From contig CAYUUR010000001.1 of assembly GCA_964448075.1 (NCBI GenBank), forward strand, positions 65,785 through 129,784: a stretch of DNA of 64,000 bases. Direction: 5' to 3'. This document shows positions 29,077 through 40,400 of the stretch, in pieces. The notes beneath the pieces were generated by a model. The model worked only from the letters and a program-made list of their open reading frames with translations. It did no database searches and was not told the origin of the DNA. Made by a program: the position numbers and the translations under genes. Within the stretch, counting starts at the first letter, position 1; every line of letters starts with the position of its first letter. The DNA is from an uncultured Candidatus Saccharibacteria bacterium. Lineage in GTDB: Bacteria > Patescibacteriota > Saccharimonadia > Saccharimonadales > CAYUUR01.

Positions 29077-31632
29077 ATGAGCAAAGCCGTCAAACGACTA
29101 ATTGACCAATTTATTCCAGAAAACTACAGCCTATCACTGCACCCAGATAAAGACGCCATGACCTTCGCAGGCACAATCATCATTACCGGCAAAAAAGTCG
29201 GACGCCCTTCGAAGCGGCTTACTTTTCACCAAAAAGAACTCAAGATACAAAGCGCAAAGATCAAGAAACTTGGCAAGCAGCCGGGCGATGTCGAAGTATC
29301 ACGAATAAACACACACGATAGCTTCGATGAACTGAGACTGCACGCTGACCATCTTATCTACCCAGGAGCCTACCAAGTTACCATTGAATTTAATGGAACT
29401 ATTACTCCACAGATGAACGGCCTCTACCCTTGTACGTTCACACAAGGCGGCAAAGAAAAAACACTACTAGCGACACAGTTTGAAAGCCATCACGCGCGTG
29501 AGGTATTTCCGTGTATTGATGAGCCTGCCGCCAAAGCGACTTTTGATGTCACCCTGACGAGCCCTAAAGGCGAAACAGTACTCAGCAACACCCCAGTCAA
29601 AAAACAACAAGAGCGTGACGGCAAGCTTGTTACTCAGTTTGAAACCACGCCAATTATGTCCAGCTATCTACTGGCCTTTGTTATTGGCGAACTCAAGCAT
29701 AAACAGAAAACCACCAAGCAAGGTGTGGTGGTGCGCGCCTTTGCGACACCCGACAATGTTGGCTTCACTGACTTTGGGTTGGATGTTGCTGTTAAAAGCC
29801 TGGAGTTCTATCACGACTACTTTGGTATTGATTATCCACTTGCCAAAAGCGACATGGTAGCTTTACCAGACTTCGCCAGTGGCGCCATGGAAAACTGGGG
29901 CCTCGTCACCTACCGTGAACATTGCATGCTTGTTGACCCTAAAAACACCAGTTTGCCTACAAAGCAATATGTGGCAATGGTCGTCGCACATGAGTTAGCG
30001 CATCAATGGTTCGGGAACCTCGTGACTATGCGCTGGTGGACAGATCTCTGGCTTAATGAAGGTTTTGCGAGCTGGATAGAGTATATGGCGGTCGATGCTT
30101 TGTTTCCAGAGTGGCGGATGTGGACACAGTTTATCGTCGACGAGCAGCAGTCGGCCCTTAAACTAGATGCCCTTGATAACACCCATGCCATAGAAGCGCC
30201 GATCAATCATCCTGATGAAATACGCACAATTTTTGACGCAATCAGCTACAACAAAGGTGCGAGCGTTATACATATGCTGCATGAGTATCTTGGCCCGACT
30301 GCATTCCGAGACGGTCTCCGCTATTATCTACAGAAGCACCAGTACGGAAGCACCGACACGGTTGATCTCTGGAGTGCCCTGGAAGAAGTATCTAAAAAGC
30401 CTGTGACTGCCTTCATGGAGCGGTGGACAACCCAGCCTGGTTTTCCGCTGGTTGATGCAGAAGTCACGACACATAACATAACTGTATCTCAGCAACGATT
30501 CCATTACGTCAACCAAGGGCGAACCCACAAAACCCTGTGGCCAATCGCTCTGGAAGGCAACGCTGCTCTCGCGGATGAAGTTCTGGAAGATGTAAGTAAA
30601 ACAATACCCAATCATGGCGACTCAGCCGTGACAAAACTCAACATCGGCCAAAGTGGCTTCTATCGTGTCCATTACAACTCAAGTCATCTACAGAAGCTCA
30701 GCGAAGCTATCAAAGCTGGTCGTCTTGATACGCTTGACCGCCTCGGTATACTGAGCGACGCATTTGAAACTGCCAAGGCAGGACATGGCGACACTGCTGA
30801 TGTCCTAAAATTACTGGAAAGCTACAGTAAGGAGTCTGAGGCGCCAGTCTGGGATGTCATTTCTGGTGTAATCGGCAGTATCCGTGGTGTCATGGACAAC
30901 GAAACGCTGCGCGATGACATGCAACCATATATTCGAGAATTGATACAGCCACAACTAGAACGACTTGGCTGGACGAAAGGCAATGATGAAGATTACTTTG
31001 ACCAGTTATTACGCCCAACGATTCTCGGGATGGCGTCGGTTGCGGAGGAACCTGGAGTCATTGCGCACGCGCAAGAACTCTTCACGAAAATGAAACAAAC
31101 AGAAGACATTTCGCCTGACGTCCGTAGCGTTGTCTACAATACAGTGGCGCGTCATGGCGACAGCGAGACCTTTAAACAGCTTGTGTCCCTCCATAATGAT
31201 TCTACGTCGAGTGAAGAGCGCACGATGCTAGCCGCTGCGATTACTGGTTTTCGACAGCCTGCGCTCATCAAGAAGGCACTTGCAATGGTCGTCACTGACC
31301 AGGTGCGCAAACAAGATGTCGGTTATTGGGTTGCCTACGCGTTTATGAACCGCCACGGCAAGGAAATCGCCTGGGAGTGGCTAAAAACAAACTGGCAATG
31401 GCTGACTGATAACTTGGGCACTGACCTGAGCTTCGGACGCTTCCCTATCTACGCGGCTCGCTGTTTTAGTGATAAAGCTTTCCTAAAAGAATACAAGAAA
31501 TTCTTTGAACCAATTCTGACACCTGCCCTTGAGCGTGCCTATAAACAAGGTGCTGAAATCGTTGAGTGGCAAGCCGACTGGAAGACGCGCGACTTCAAGA
31601 CAGTGGCGCACTTCTTTGCCACTAGAAAGTAG
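29077..31632 (+). CDS. pepN: Aminopeptidase N (M1 family)
   Basis: GAMENWG exopeptidase motif and HELAHQWFGNLVT...WLNEGFA zinc site. Start set to ATG 29077, 7 nt after TGaTAGAAT. The TTG 29047 and ATG 29068 alternatives are not excluded. Confidence 0.9.
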   Translation: MSKAVKRLIDQFIPENYSLSLHPDKDAMTFAGTIIITGKKVGRPSKRLTFHQKELKIQSAKIKKLGKQPGDVEVSRINTHDSFDELRLHADHLIYPGAYQVTIEFNGTITPQMNGLYPCTFTQGGKEKTLLATQFESHHAREVFPCIDEPAAKATFDVTLTSPKGETVLSNTPVKKQQERDGKLVTQFETTPIMSSYLLAFVIGELKHKQKTTKQGVVVRAFATPDNVGFTDFGLDVAVKSLEFYHDYFGIDYPLAKSDMVALPDFASGAMENWGLVTYREHCMLVDPKNTSLPTKQYVAMVVAHELAHQWFGNLVTMRWWTDLWLNEGFASWIEYMAVDALFPEWRMWTQFIVDEQQSALKLDALDNTHAIEAPINHPDEIRTIFDAISYNKGASVIHMLHEYLGPTAFRDGLRYYLQKHQYGSTDTVDLWSALEEVSKKPVTAFMERWTTQPGFPLVDAEVTTHNITVSQQRFHYVNQGRTHKTLWPIALEGNAALADEVLEDVSKTIPNHGDSAVTKLNIGQSGFYRVHYNSSHLQKLSEAIKAGRLDTLDRLGILSDAFETAKAGHGDTADVLKLLESYSKESEAPVWDVISGVIGSIRGVMDNETLRDDMQPYIRELIQPQLERLGWTKGNDEDYFDQLLRPTILGMASVAEEPGVIAHAQELFTKMKQTEDISPDVRSVVYNTVARHGDSETFKQLVSLHNDSTSSEERTMLAAAITGFRQPALIKKALAMVVTDQVRKQDVGYWVAYAFMNRHGKEIAWEWLKTNWQWLTDNLGTDLSFGRFPIYAARCFSDKAFLKEYKKFFEPILTPALERAYKQGAEIVEWQADWKTRDFKTVAHFFATRK

Positions 31633-31639
31633 CTGCTGT

Positions 31640-31984
31640 TTACTCAATATCTGACGTAAATCCTGTGACCTCGAACTCTTGGCCGGCAACCTCAATAGCC
31701 GCCAGCGAACATGAGCCATCCCATGCGCAAGAGCTTAGCCAGAACTCAGCTGCACGTGACATCTGACGCAGCTTCTTGGTAGTTATGTAGTCAAACCCAT
31801 CACCCTGAAGTTTCGAAATACGATACTTTACTTCAACAAAATACACACAAGACTGCTTTTTTGCCACAATATCAATCTCGCAATAGCGTGTACGCCAGTT
31901 CCGTTCTAATATTTTGTAGCCTCGCTTTATCAAGTAGGCAGCAGCAACCGCTTCTGCTTGCCGACCCGTCTCTGTTGTAGTCAT
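31640..31984 (-). CDS. YraN/UPF0102 family endonuclease-like protein
   Basis: 114 aa with GRQAEAVAAAYLIKRGYKILERNWR...EIDIVA, in the conserved rplS-rnhB-yraN context. Confidence 0.8.
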   Translation of the reverse strand: MTTTETGRQAEAVAAAYLIKRGYKILERNWRTRYCEIDIVAKKQSCVYFVEVKYRISKLQGDGFDYITTKKLRQMSRAAEFWLSSCAWDGSCSLAAIEVAGQEFEVTGFTSDIE

Positions 31985-32547
31985 AGCATTTCCCGAATCG
32001 GCTTAAAGCTTCTACGATGCTGATCAGACGGGCCAAACTCAATAAGACACGCTCGGTGATGGGCAGTGCCGTATCCAACATGTCTTTCAAAACCATACTG
32101 CGGATATTCTTCTGAGAGCTGAATCATGTATGCATCTCTAAGCTCTTTGGCATACACGCTCGCAGCGCTAACAATTGGGTGCAATCTGTCAGCTTTTATA
32201 ACAGTATCCACCTGTTGATACTTGGGCTGACAATAATTCACAGCACCATCCATAATGATACGTTCACTTGGCTGGGCCGAAATCGCTCGCAAGGCTCTTT
32301 CCACACCAAGTCGCATAGCGTCAGTCAGTCCGGCTCTGTCAACTTCAGCAGCAGTTACCCAGCCTTCGCCAAGCTGGCAAGACGTCATTATATCAACAGT
32401 TAATAGTTTACGCTGCCTGCTCGAAAGTAGTTTAGAGTCTTTCAGGCCAGTTGGTAGTAGAGAAGTTTGTCGAGCAGCTACAACCAGTAACGGCCCCGCC
32501 CAGCAACCTCTACCAACTTCATCAATACCAATCATGACTTTAAGCAT
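31981..32547 (-). CDS. rnhB: Ribonuclease HII
   Basis: 188 aa with the GIDEVGRGCWAGPL active-site block. 4-nt overlap with yraN. Confidence 0.92.
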   Translation of the reverse strand: MLKVMIGIDEVGRGCWAGPLLVVAARQTSLLPTGLKDSKLLSSRQRKLLTVDIMTSCQLGEGWVTAAEVDRAGLTDAMRLGVERALRAISAQPSERIIMDGAVNYCQPKYQQVDTVIKADRLHPIVSAASVYAKELRDAYMIQLSEEYPQYGFERHVGYGTAHHRACLIEFGPSDQHRRSFKPIREML

Positions 32548-32548
32548 A

Positions 32549-32573
32549 ACAAAAAACCGCCTTTATGGCGGTT
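32549..32573 (-). terminator. Intrinsic terminator between rplS and rnhB
   Basis: Minus strand reads AACCGCC-auaaa-GGCGGUU followed by UUUUUUG. The stem is 32555..32561 paired with 32567..32573. Confidence 0.6.
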
Positions 32574-32595
32574 CATATGTTATGTTCTGGTTTGT

Positions 32596-33051
32596 TTACG
32601 CTGCTGTTTCTGTGTCTTGTTTGGCCTGTTCAGTAGGTATTTCTTCTGTTGGAGCTACTTCTACAACTGGAGCTTCGGCAACGGTGTTGACAGCCTGCTT
32701 GTCGAAGTCGACGCCTGTAAGGCGGGCTGACTTACCGGTTCGGGCACGCATGTATGTGAGGTAGTTGCGGCGTACTTTGCTACGTTTTACAACCTCTACC
32801 TTGGTAACGAGTGGTGAATGTAACATGTACGTCTTTTCAACACCGATACCGCTGGCAATACGTCGAATTGTAATTGTCGCAGTATGGCTCTGTACACGAT
32901 CAGTCCGGATAACTAAGCCTTCGAATACCTGAATACGTTCCTTGTTGCCTTCTTTAATTTTTTGGTGAACACGAACAGTGTCACCACTACGAACATCAAC
33001 AACGGCGTGTTTCTTGTATTTTTCTTCAATTTTCTGAATGACTGATTGCAT
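32596..33051 (-). CDS. rplS: 50S ribosomal protein L19 with acidic C-terminal extension
   Basis: MQSVIQKIEEKY...RSGDTVRVHQKIKEGNKERIQVFEG is typical of L19. About 40 extra acidic C-terminal residues. Start set to ATG 33051. Confidence 0.93.
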   Translation of the reverse strand: MQSVIQKIEEKYKKHAVVDVRSGDTVRVHQKIKEGNKERIQVFEGLVIRTDRVQSHTATITIRRIASGIGVEKTYMLHSPLVTKVEVVKRSKVRRNYLTYMRARTGKSARLTGVDFDKQAVNTVAEAPVVEVAPTEEIPTEQAKQDTETAA

Positions 33052-33060
33052 AACCAAATC

Positions 33061-33089
33061 ATCTTACACTGTTTCTTTGTTCTTTGCAA
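33061..33089 (-). promoter_or_regulatory. rplS promoter TTGCAA-N17-TAAGAT
   Basis: -35 at 33084..33089 (palindromic hexamer). -10 is the reverse complement of 33061..33066. ATG 33051 lies 9 nt downstream. Confidence 0.5.
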
Positions 33090-33168
33090 CACTTTTTACC
33101 CTGTTATTCTACGAATATACATTCATTATTTACACACGTGCTTTGTTAGACAATGCTATGATATATAC

Positions 33169-34305
33169 ATGACAGATTTTGGGAAACTCGCCTTAGAACA
33201 ACATAAAAAACTCCGTGGCAAAATTAGTGTATCGCTAAAAGATAGCCTCGACAGCCAGGACAAACTTAGCACGTATTACACTCCCGGCGTTGCGGCGGTG
33301 TCGAGCTACGTGGCTGAACACCCCAAAGAAACGCGTGACTACACCTGGCTGAATAATGCTGTCGCCGTGATTAGTGATGGCTCAGCCGTCCTAGGACTGG
33401 GTAACATTGGACCTCAGGGTGCTTTGCCAGTTATGGAAGGTAAAAGCATGTTATTTAAGCATTTTGCAAATGTTGATGCAGTGCCGATTGTACTCGATGC
33501 ACACTCGGCCGACGAGATTGTAGCAGCAGTGCGGGCAATTGCACCGAGCTTTGGTGGCATAAACTTAGAGGATATTGCGGCACCTATTTGTTTTGAAGTT
33601 GAAGAACGGCTGAAAGAAAAACTTGATATCCCAGTATTTCATGATGATCAACACGGTACAGCAATTGTTGTCTTAGCCGGTTTAATCAATTCCATGAAGG
33701 TAACTGGTCGTCAACTCAAGGATTGTCGGATTGTCGTAGTTGGAGCAGGTGCTGCTGGAACCGCTATCATGAAGCTCCTGCACCGCTATGCGCAACCTGA
33801 AATTCTCGCAGTCGACAGCAAAGGAATCGTATCTAAGGACAGGACAGACCTCAACACTGAAAAGCAAAAACTCCTCACGTTCACCAACCCTAACAACGTA
33901 AGTGGTACGCTCGAGCATGCCCTCATGGGAGCTGACATATTTATCGGTGTTTCGGCAGCTGGTCTTTTGACTGCCGAGATGGTTCAAATGATGAGCGAAA
34001 AACCAATCATCTTTGCTATGGCTAACCCTACACCCGAAATCATGCCAGACATTGCCAAACAAGCCGGTGCCGCTATCATCGCAACCGGCCGCAGTGATTT
34101 TCCAAATCAAGTAAACAACGCCCTCGCATTTCCAGGCATCTTCCGCGGCGCCTTAGACAACAAAGTTTCGGCCATCACTGACGACCACAAAACAGCAGCA
34201 GCTGAAGTTATTGCTAACCTCGTGGACAAACCAACCGCTGACATGATCATCCCTTCACCACTTGACGACCGACTCGTCCCTTCGATCGCCAAAGTTATTG
34301 TTTAA
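33169..34305 (+). CDS. NAD(P)-dependent malic enzyme (short form)
   Basis: 378 aa from MTDFGKLALEQHKK, with YTPGVAAV, GLGNIGPQGALPVMEGKSMLFK and the VVGAGAAG dinucleotide fold. Start 33169 lies 6 nt after TGcTATGAT. Confidence 0.88.
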   Translation: MTDFGKLALEQHKKLRGKISVSLKDSLDSQDKLSTYYTPGVAAVSSYVAEHPKETRDYTWLNNAVAVISDGSAVLGLGNIGPQGALPVMEGKSMLFKHFANVDAVPIVLDAHSADEIVAAVRAIAPSFGGINLEDIAAPICFEVEERLKEKLDIPVFHDDQHGTAIVVLAGLINSMKVTGRQLKDCRIVVVGAGAAGTAIMKLLHRYAQPEILAVDSKGIVSKDRTDLNTEKQKLLTFTNPNNVSGTLEHALMGADIFIGVSAAGLLTAEMVQMMSEKPIIFAMANPTPEIMPDIAKQAGAAIIATGRSDFPNQVNNALAFPGIFRGALDNKVSAITDDHKTAAAEVIANLVDKPTADMIIPSPLDDRLVPSIAKVIV

Positions 34306-35906
34306 CCGATAACGCGATAGATTTCTTCTATGGTTGTTTCGCCCTTGCATACCTGCAGGGCGGCATCTTGAAGCATAGTGCGCATGCCACTTCTGACGGC
34401 TGCTTCTTCTATCTGCTGAGCAGAGAGTGACTTATTGCCCGACTCAAGTAAAGTACGAATCTCGCCAGACATCGTAAATTGTTCGCGTGCTGCGATCTGC
34501 CCACGGTAACCATACGGGTTATCTTCTGATTTGCCGGGCTGATAAAACGTCACTTTGCTCAAGTCTGGTTTTTCAACACCTTCAGGTAGTGTCGCGAGCA
34601 CATCAGCTAACTTTTTAAGAGAGGCTTCGTCAGGCTTGTATGGTTGCTTGGTTGTATCATCCAGCTTGCGCACAAGTCGCTGTGCCATAACCAGACGAAT
34701 AGCAGAAACAAACAAGGGATTTTCGCCAATTACATCCATCATCCGAGTAAGCGCTGCTGCAGCCGATGACGCGTGAAAGGTAGATAGCACCAAATGGCCA
34801 GTCAGAGAAGCTTGCAAAGCAGTCTTGGCAGTATCAAGGTCACGAATCTCACCTACCATCACAATGTCAGGGTCAAGCCGAAGAATCGCCCGTAGTTTAT
34901 TCGCAAAACTTGTTTGTTCGGCTGACTGCGTCATTACTGGAATCTGCGTAATACCTTCAAACTGATACTCCACTGGGTCTTCAATGGTGATAATCTTTCG
35001 CTCCGTCGTATTGAGACTATTAAGCATGGAATAAAGCGTGGTAGTTTTTCCCGAACCGGTTGGTCCAACAGCCAGTACTAAACCGCTCGGCTTACTAATG
35101 ATGTCATCAACCACGGCGCGCTGGGCAGGGTCAAGACCCAACCTGTCAAGCTTATACATCTCTTGATCCATATTGAATAGACGCATAACCACATCCATGC
35201 CATTAATGGTAGGAACAGTTTCCAGACGAACGTTTACATCGACTTCTTCACCGGTGGCAAGTTTTGCACGTTGTGAGATATGACCTTGCTGAGCTTCACC
35301 TGATGCCGTAGAGATGTTACCAGCACTCGCAATTGCGGATATTAGTACGCGATACGTATCTGGCTCAAGACGAGCAATCAAATGAAGCACGCCATCCATA
35401 CGGAATCGCACCCGAACAAATCCACGCTGCGTTTCAATGTGAATATCTGACGAGCCTAATCGGTGTGCTTGCTCAACCAAATACGCCAACATGTCGGCTG
35501 CTCGCACCTGCTTTAGTGTTGCTGAGACTTTATCCATAAGCTCGTCAGTGCCGGCGTTTTTGATAGAGATATCTTCATATACGACCTGCTTAGGTGGGTC
35601 GTAGAGCTTCATATATTCACGATAACCAGCGTCAGATATGAGAGAGAACGAAACGCGCTGATCTAAAAAGCGTTGTCTGAGCTTGTCGAATGTTTGCTGG
35701 GATGTCGTATTAGTCACACCAAAGCTAATACTGTGCTCATCAGACTGGATTGGAATTACCCGCATGCTATATAGATCAGCGACCGGAAAGATGTCTTTGT
35801 AAATCGTTTTCTGAGCAATCTGGGAGGTGTCAATATACCCCATATTCAAAATACGGGCCCGGCGCTGTGTCGCCAGCTCTTCGTCTTTGCGGGCATCTTG
35901 TGACAT
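34302..35906 (-). CDS. pilB: GspE/PilB-family type IV pilus / type II secretion assembly ATPase
   Basis: 534 aa with an N-terminal T2SSE_N-like region, GPTGSGKTT Walker A, DPDIVMVGEIRD Walker B/Asp box and a His box. No other pilus genes are adjacent. Confidence 0.85.
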   Translation of the reverse strand: MSQDARKDEELATQRRARILNMGYIDTSQIAQKTIYKDIFPVADLYSMRVIPIQSDEHSISFGVTNTTSQQTFDKLRQRFLDQRVSFSLISDAGYREYMKLYDPPKQVVYEDISIKNAGTDELMDKVSATLKQVRAADMLAYLVEQAHRLGSSDIHIETQRGFVRVRFRMDGVLHLIARLEPDTYRVLISAIASAGNISTASGEAQQGHISQRAKLATGEEVDVNVRLETVPTINGMDVVMRLFNMDQEMYKLDRLGLDPAQRAVVDDIISKPSGLVLAVGPTGSGKTTTLYSMLNSLNTTERKIITIEDPVEYQFEGITQIPVMTQSAEQTSFANKLRAILRLDPDIVMVGEIRDLDTAKTALQASLTGHLVLSTFHASSAAAALTRMMDVIGENPLFVSAIRLVMAQRLVRKLDDTTKQPYKPDEASLKKLADVLATLPEGVEKPDLSKVTFYQPGKSEDNPYGYRGQIAAREQFTMSGEIRTLLESGNKSLSAQQIEEAAVRSGMRTMLQDAALQVCKGETTIEEIYRVIG

Positions 35907-35962
35907 GTACCTATTTAACCATAAGCAGTGGCGTTCCGTGAATAGTTACTTATAATACCTTC

Positions 35963-36466
35963 ATGCCGAAACGGGAAATAATCATCATCGCTCATAACCT
36001 ACGAAGTATCCATAACGTCGGATCAATACTTCGCACCGCTGACGGCCTGGGCGTTAAGGAAATCTACTTGACAGGTTACTCTCCCTATCCAAAAACTAAC
36101 CCTGATACCCGGCTGCCACATCTTGCCAATAGTATTACGAAGCAACTGCACAAAACAGCCCTCGGCGCAGAGAACGCCAAGAATATTACTCACCGTGAAG
36201 ATATTATGCAAGTGGTGTCTGATTTGAAAACCGAAGGATATCAGATAGCTGCTGTCGAACAAGCAAACGGAAGTGTTGCGCTACCAGAATACACTCCTCA
36301 TAATCGCGTCGCTCTTATTGTTGGCCGTGAAGTTGAAGGGATTGAACGTTCCGTTATTGACGCATGCGACCTGACACTTGAGATACCGATGTCTGGCCAA
36401 AAAGAATCATTCAACGTTTCAGTAGCATCAGCAATTGCACTTTATCATTGCAGATTCGCACCATAA
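35963..36466 (+). CDS. TrmH/SpoU-family RNA 2'-O-methyltransferase
   Basis: 167 aa with HNVGSILRTADG and the C-terminal ESFNVSVASAIALY knot motifs. TATAAT lies 6 nt upstream of the ATG. Confidence 0.85.
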   Translation: MPKREIIIIAHNLRSIHNVGSILRTADGLGVKEIYLTGYSPYPKTNPDTRLPHLANSITKQLHKTALGAENAKNITHREDIMQVVSDLKTEGYQIAAVEQANGSVALPEYTPHNRVALIVGREVEGIERSVIDACDLTLEIPMSGQKESFNVSVASAIALYHCRFAP

Positions 36467-36504
36467 GCGTCATACTATTATCTAACAAAGTACAAGAAAC
36501 AAAT

Positions 36505-37410
36505 ATGCCACTAAAATCACACCGACACCAACAACACAAAAAGCATCCAAAACATTACGCCAAGGTATATTGGCCATATATGCCGTTACTCGTTGTGGTC
36601 GGTTTAAGTTTGTTTGTCGGTCAGTCATTTGTTAACAAATCACAACGAGGCGTCTTGTCATACGCAACAGACGTATCTGACGCAACCTTACTCAATGACA
36701 CAAATCAGCAACGCAACGCCCATAACCAATCTCCACTTAAGCTAAACGACAAACTTGACCAAGCAGCCCAAGCCAAGGCAGCAGATATGGTGGCGCGCAA
36801 TTATTGGTCGCACACGACTCCTGAGAATAAAACACCGTGGAACTTTATCGACAAGGTCAACTACAACTACCAGAAAGCTGGCGAGAACTTAGCATACGGT
36901 TTCGTAACCAGCAGTGCGACCATTAACGGCTGGATGCACAGCCAGGCGCATCGTGAGAACCTTCTAGACACTGCCTATACTGAAGTTGGTTTCGGGATCG
37001 CTCAATCAGAAAACTACATCGGAAGAGGCCCAGAAACCGTCATAGTGGCTATGTATGCGCGGCCAGCAAATGCTGCACCTCTGACAATGCCGAGTAGTAT
37101 TAGCTTTGACACAGCACCACGTGACCTTCCAGTAAATACAAACCGTGCTATCACTACAGAGCCAGCTGTAAAAAGTGTCAGCAAGGTTCAGTCTCTAACT
37201 GGCTCAAGCGTGCCCGGCATCAGCTTCATTATTGGTCTGCTCGTCGGGCTTGCGCTCGCTTACTTGGTAATCAAACATTCAATAGGCGTCAAACGCCTTT
37301 TGCGCGACGGCGAACGTTTCGTCCTGAAACATCCCGTACTTGACATCACTTTAGTCAGTTTCATAGCGCTCTGCGCCCTCCTAAGCCAGAGCGTTGGCTT
37401 CATCCGCTAA
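36505..37410 (+). CDS. CAP/SCP/PR1-like domain protein flanked by transmembrane helices
   Basis: His/Lys-rich N-terminus then a TM helix. CAP-type blocks (AQAKAADMVARNYWSHTTP, GENLAYG, GWMHSQAHRENLL). Two C-terminal hydrophobic helices. Start set to ATG 36505. Confidence 0.7.
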   Translation: MPLKSHRHQQHKKHPKHYAKVYWPYMPLLVVVGLSLFVGQSFVNKSQRGVLSYATDVSDATLLNDTNQQRNAHNQSPLKLNDKLDQAAQAKAADMVARNYWSHTTPENKTPWNFIDKVNYNYQKAGENLAYGFVTSSATINGWMHSQAHRENLLDTAYTEVGFGIAQSENYIGRGPETVIVAMYARPANAAPLTMPSSISFDTAPRDLPVNTNRAITTEPAVKSVSKVQSLTGSSVPGISFIIGLLVGLALAYLVIKHSIGVKRLLRDGERFVLKHPVLDITLVSFIALCALLSQSVGFIR

Positions 37411-37422
37411 TCGGATGCATGT

Positions 37423-40400
37423 TTACTTAAGAATTACGTTCTGACTACCAACAAGTTTGTGAAATTCTTGCAGCGTCTTGTCGTCACTCTGAACCTTGGT
37501 TGGCAGTTTTATGATCTGTTTATTGGAATCATTGCCGATAACCAACACAACCTCTCGCTCACCCGGAGTAGCATCAATTAACCTTTTAAGGTCCTGCAAG
37601 GCCTGTTGGTTGCTACTGTCGTTTAATCGAATATACAGTTTGCTTGATGCACCCGGTGCTGCTTTCGCTTTTGTTTTATTCTTTGTGGCAACTCGCGCTT
37701 TTGGAATCTTTTTGGCTTTTCCAGTAGCTTGATACGCGCTGGCCTGTTCGGCAGTAATCTCGCGAGCATCATCTACCATGACTTTGACTTCATCACTTGG
37801 ATTGCCATCACGGTCTTTAGCGTTAATCTTACCTCGAATCAATAACACTCTGTCTTTTTCCCATAGCCCAATCGTTTGCTGAAATGCGTTAGGAAACAGA
37901 ATCAATTCAATCTCGGTCTTAAGGTCGGCAATCTTGACAAAGGCCATTTTCTGACCCTTTTTGGTGGTTATTTCCCTAAAATCGCTCACGATACCGCCAA
38001 TAGTTACTGCCTTGCCGTCATGTTCAGGCAATAAGCTCTCTAGAGGTATTGTCTGTTCTGCCAGAAACAGCTCATAGGCACTCAATGGGTGCTGTGATAG
38101 GTATAGCCCAAGTAACTCACGCTCCCATTGTAATTGTTCACGTAGCGGATATAGATGAGGTGCTGCTTCTAAATTTAGCTGCGGCATGGCACGAGCGTCA
38201 TCCTCAAGAGCGCCAAATAAGTCAGTCTGCCCGTTATTCTGCTCTTTTTGTAATCGTGCAGCAAAAGCGACAATAGCATCGAGATTGCTCAACAACGTAC
38301 TACGATCGCCAAATCGGTCAAATGCTCCTGATTTAATTAAACTCTCTAGTGCCTTTCGATTCACGACACGTGAATTTACCTTGGACAAGAAATCTTCCAA
38401 CGACGCAAATGAACCTTCTAGCTCTCGAGCACGCAAGATCTCTTCGACTGCACCAGTCCCAACGTTTTTTATAGCTGCCATGCCAAAACGAATTGACTCC
38501 GTTTCTGGCACAACCGCAAACTCTACGAATGACTCATTAACATCGGGCGGCATAACTTTAATACCCATGTGTGAGCACTCGGTAATCTCAATCGCTAATC
38601 GGTCAGTGTCATCATAATCACTCGTCATAAGTGCAGCCATGAATGCAGCTGGGTAGTGCGCTTTTAGGTAAGCTGTCTGGTAGGCAATCAAGCCATAACA
38701 CGCAGAATGCGACTTATTAAAACAGTAGTCAGCAAATCCAAGCAGCTGCTTCCAAAATTTCTCTATCAGAGAGCGAGGAATACCATTTTCGACTGCACCT
38801 TCAATAAAGCGCTTCTCCATTTTCTGCATAAGTTCCCGGTTTTTCTTGCCAATAGCCTTACGCAAAGTATCGGCCTCACCACCAGTGAAACCACAGACAT
38901 CTCGTGATATCTGCATAAACTGCTCCTGATAGACTAGGACGCCGTAGGTATTTTCTAAGGCAGCCTTCATGAGCGGATGTTCGTATGTAACAGCTTCCTC
39001 ACCGTTTTTTCGTTTTATAAAGCTATCAGTTAGCCCGGCACTCAACGGACCCGGCCGATACAATGCTCCCATTGCGATAATGTCATCAAACACTGTCGGT
39101 TTGAGCTCGCGCAAGTAACGCTTCATGCCCGCCGATTCAAATTGGAACACTCCGGTCGTATCTCCGCGCTGTACAAGCTTAAAGGTTAGATCATCATCAA
39201 GTGGCAGTGTGTTTATGTCGATATCTTTGTCATACACCTTGCGGATAATACGCAGGGTGTTTTTTATGATCGTCAAGTTGGAGAGTCCAAGGAAATCCAT
39301 TTTGAGCAAGCCAAGCTCTTCGACAGGCCCCATAGAGTATTGCGTTGCAACCACACCTTTTTGCGCCATTTCAAGGGGTGTGAACTTCACAATCTCGTCT
39401 GGTGCAATAACGACACCAGCTGCATGTACACCGTGCGAACGTATCGTACCCTCAAGCTGAACTGCCAGATCAAAGACCCGCTGTGACTGCTCGCTTGTCT
39501 CGTATTCGCGTTTCAAGTCGTCATTATCAACCAGCGACTTTTCAAGCGGTATATGGCGCCCTTGCACCGGTGGTGGAATCATTTTTGCTAAACGGTCAGC
39601 CTCAGCATAGGGAACTTGTAGTACGCGTGATACATCTCGAACGGCATTACGCGCCGCCATACGTCCAAAGGTTACGATGTTGGCAACACGGTCGGTGCCG
39701 TACTTATCGACACAGTACTGAATAACCTCGTCTCTCCGGGTGTCCTGAATATCGATGTCGATATCTGGCATAGATATTCTGTCCGGATTTAGAAATCGTT
39801 CAAAGAGAAGATCGTACTGTAGCGGGTCCAGTTCAGTTATCTTGAGGGCATAGGCAATGATTGAGCCGGCTGCCGAGCCTCGCCCTGGACCAAAGACGAT
39901 TCCTTCTGACTTTCCCCAGTTTATGAAATCAGAAATGATCAAGAAGTACCCGTTAAAACCCATATTATCTACAACCGAAAGTTCATATTCTACGCGCGTA
40001 TTTACCTCGTCGGAAACAAGCTTTTGAATGTCTTTAATTGACAGTTTCTGGGCTTCGGGTTCTGATTTACCACCATAGCGCATAGCCAAGCCTTGGTAGA
40101 TTAACTCATGTAAGTATGTTTTTTCAGTTTTGCCTTTGGGGACTGGGAACTTAGGGATCAAGATTTTGCCTAGTTCGATACTCACTTCGCAACGATCGGC
40201 AATGAGCTTAGTGTTCAAAATCGCGTCCGGGTTGGTCTTGCCCCAACGGGCAATTATCTCTTCGGGTCGTGTAACATGTAGTTCAAATGCACTCAAGCTC
40301 ATCCTGTCAGAATCGCTCAGGTAAGAACCCGTCTGCACACACAAGAGAATTTCATGTGCCTCCTGATCTTCGTGTCGTAAATAATGCGCATCACTTGTGA

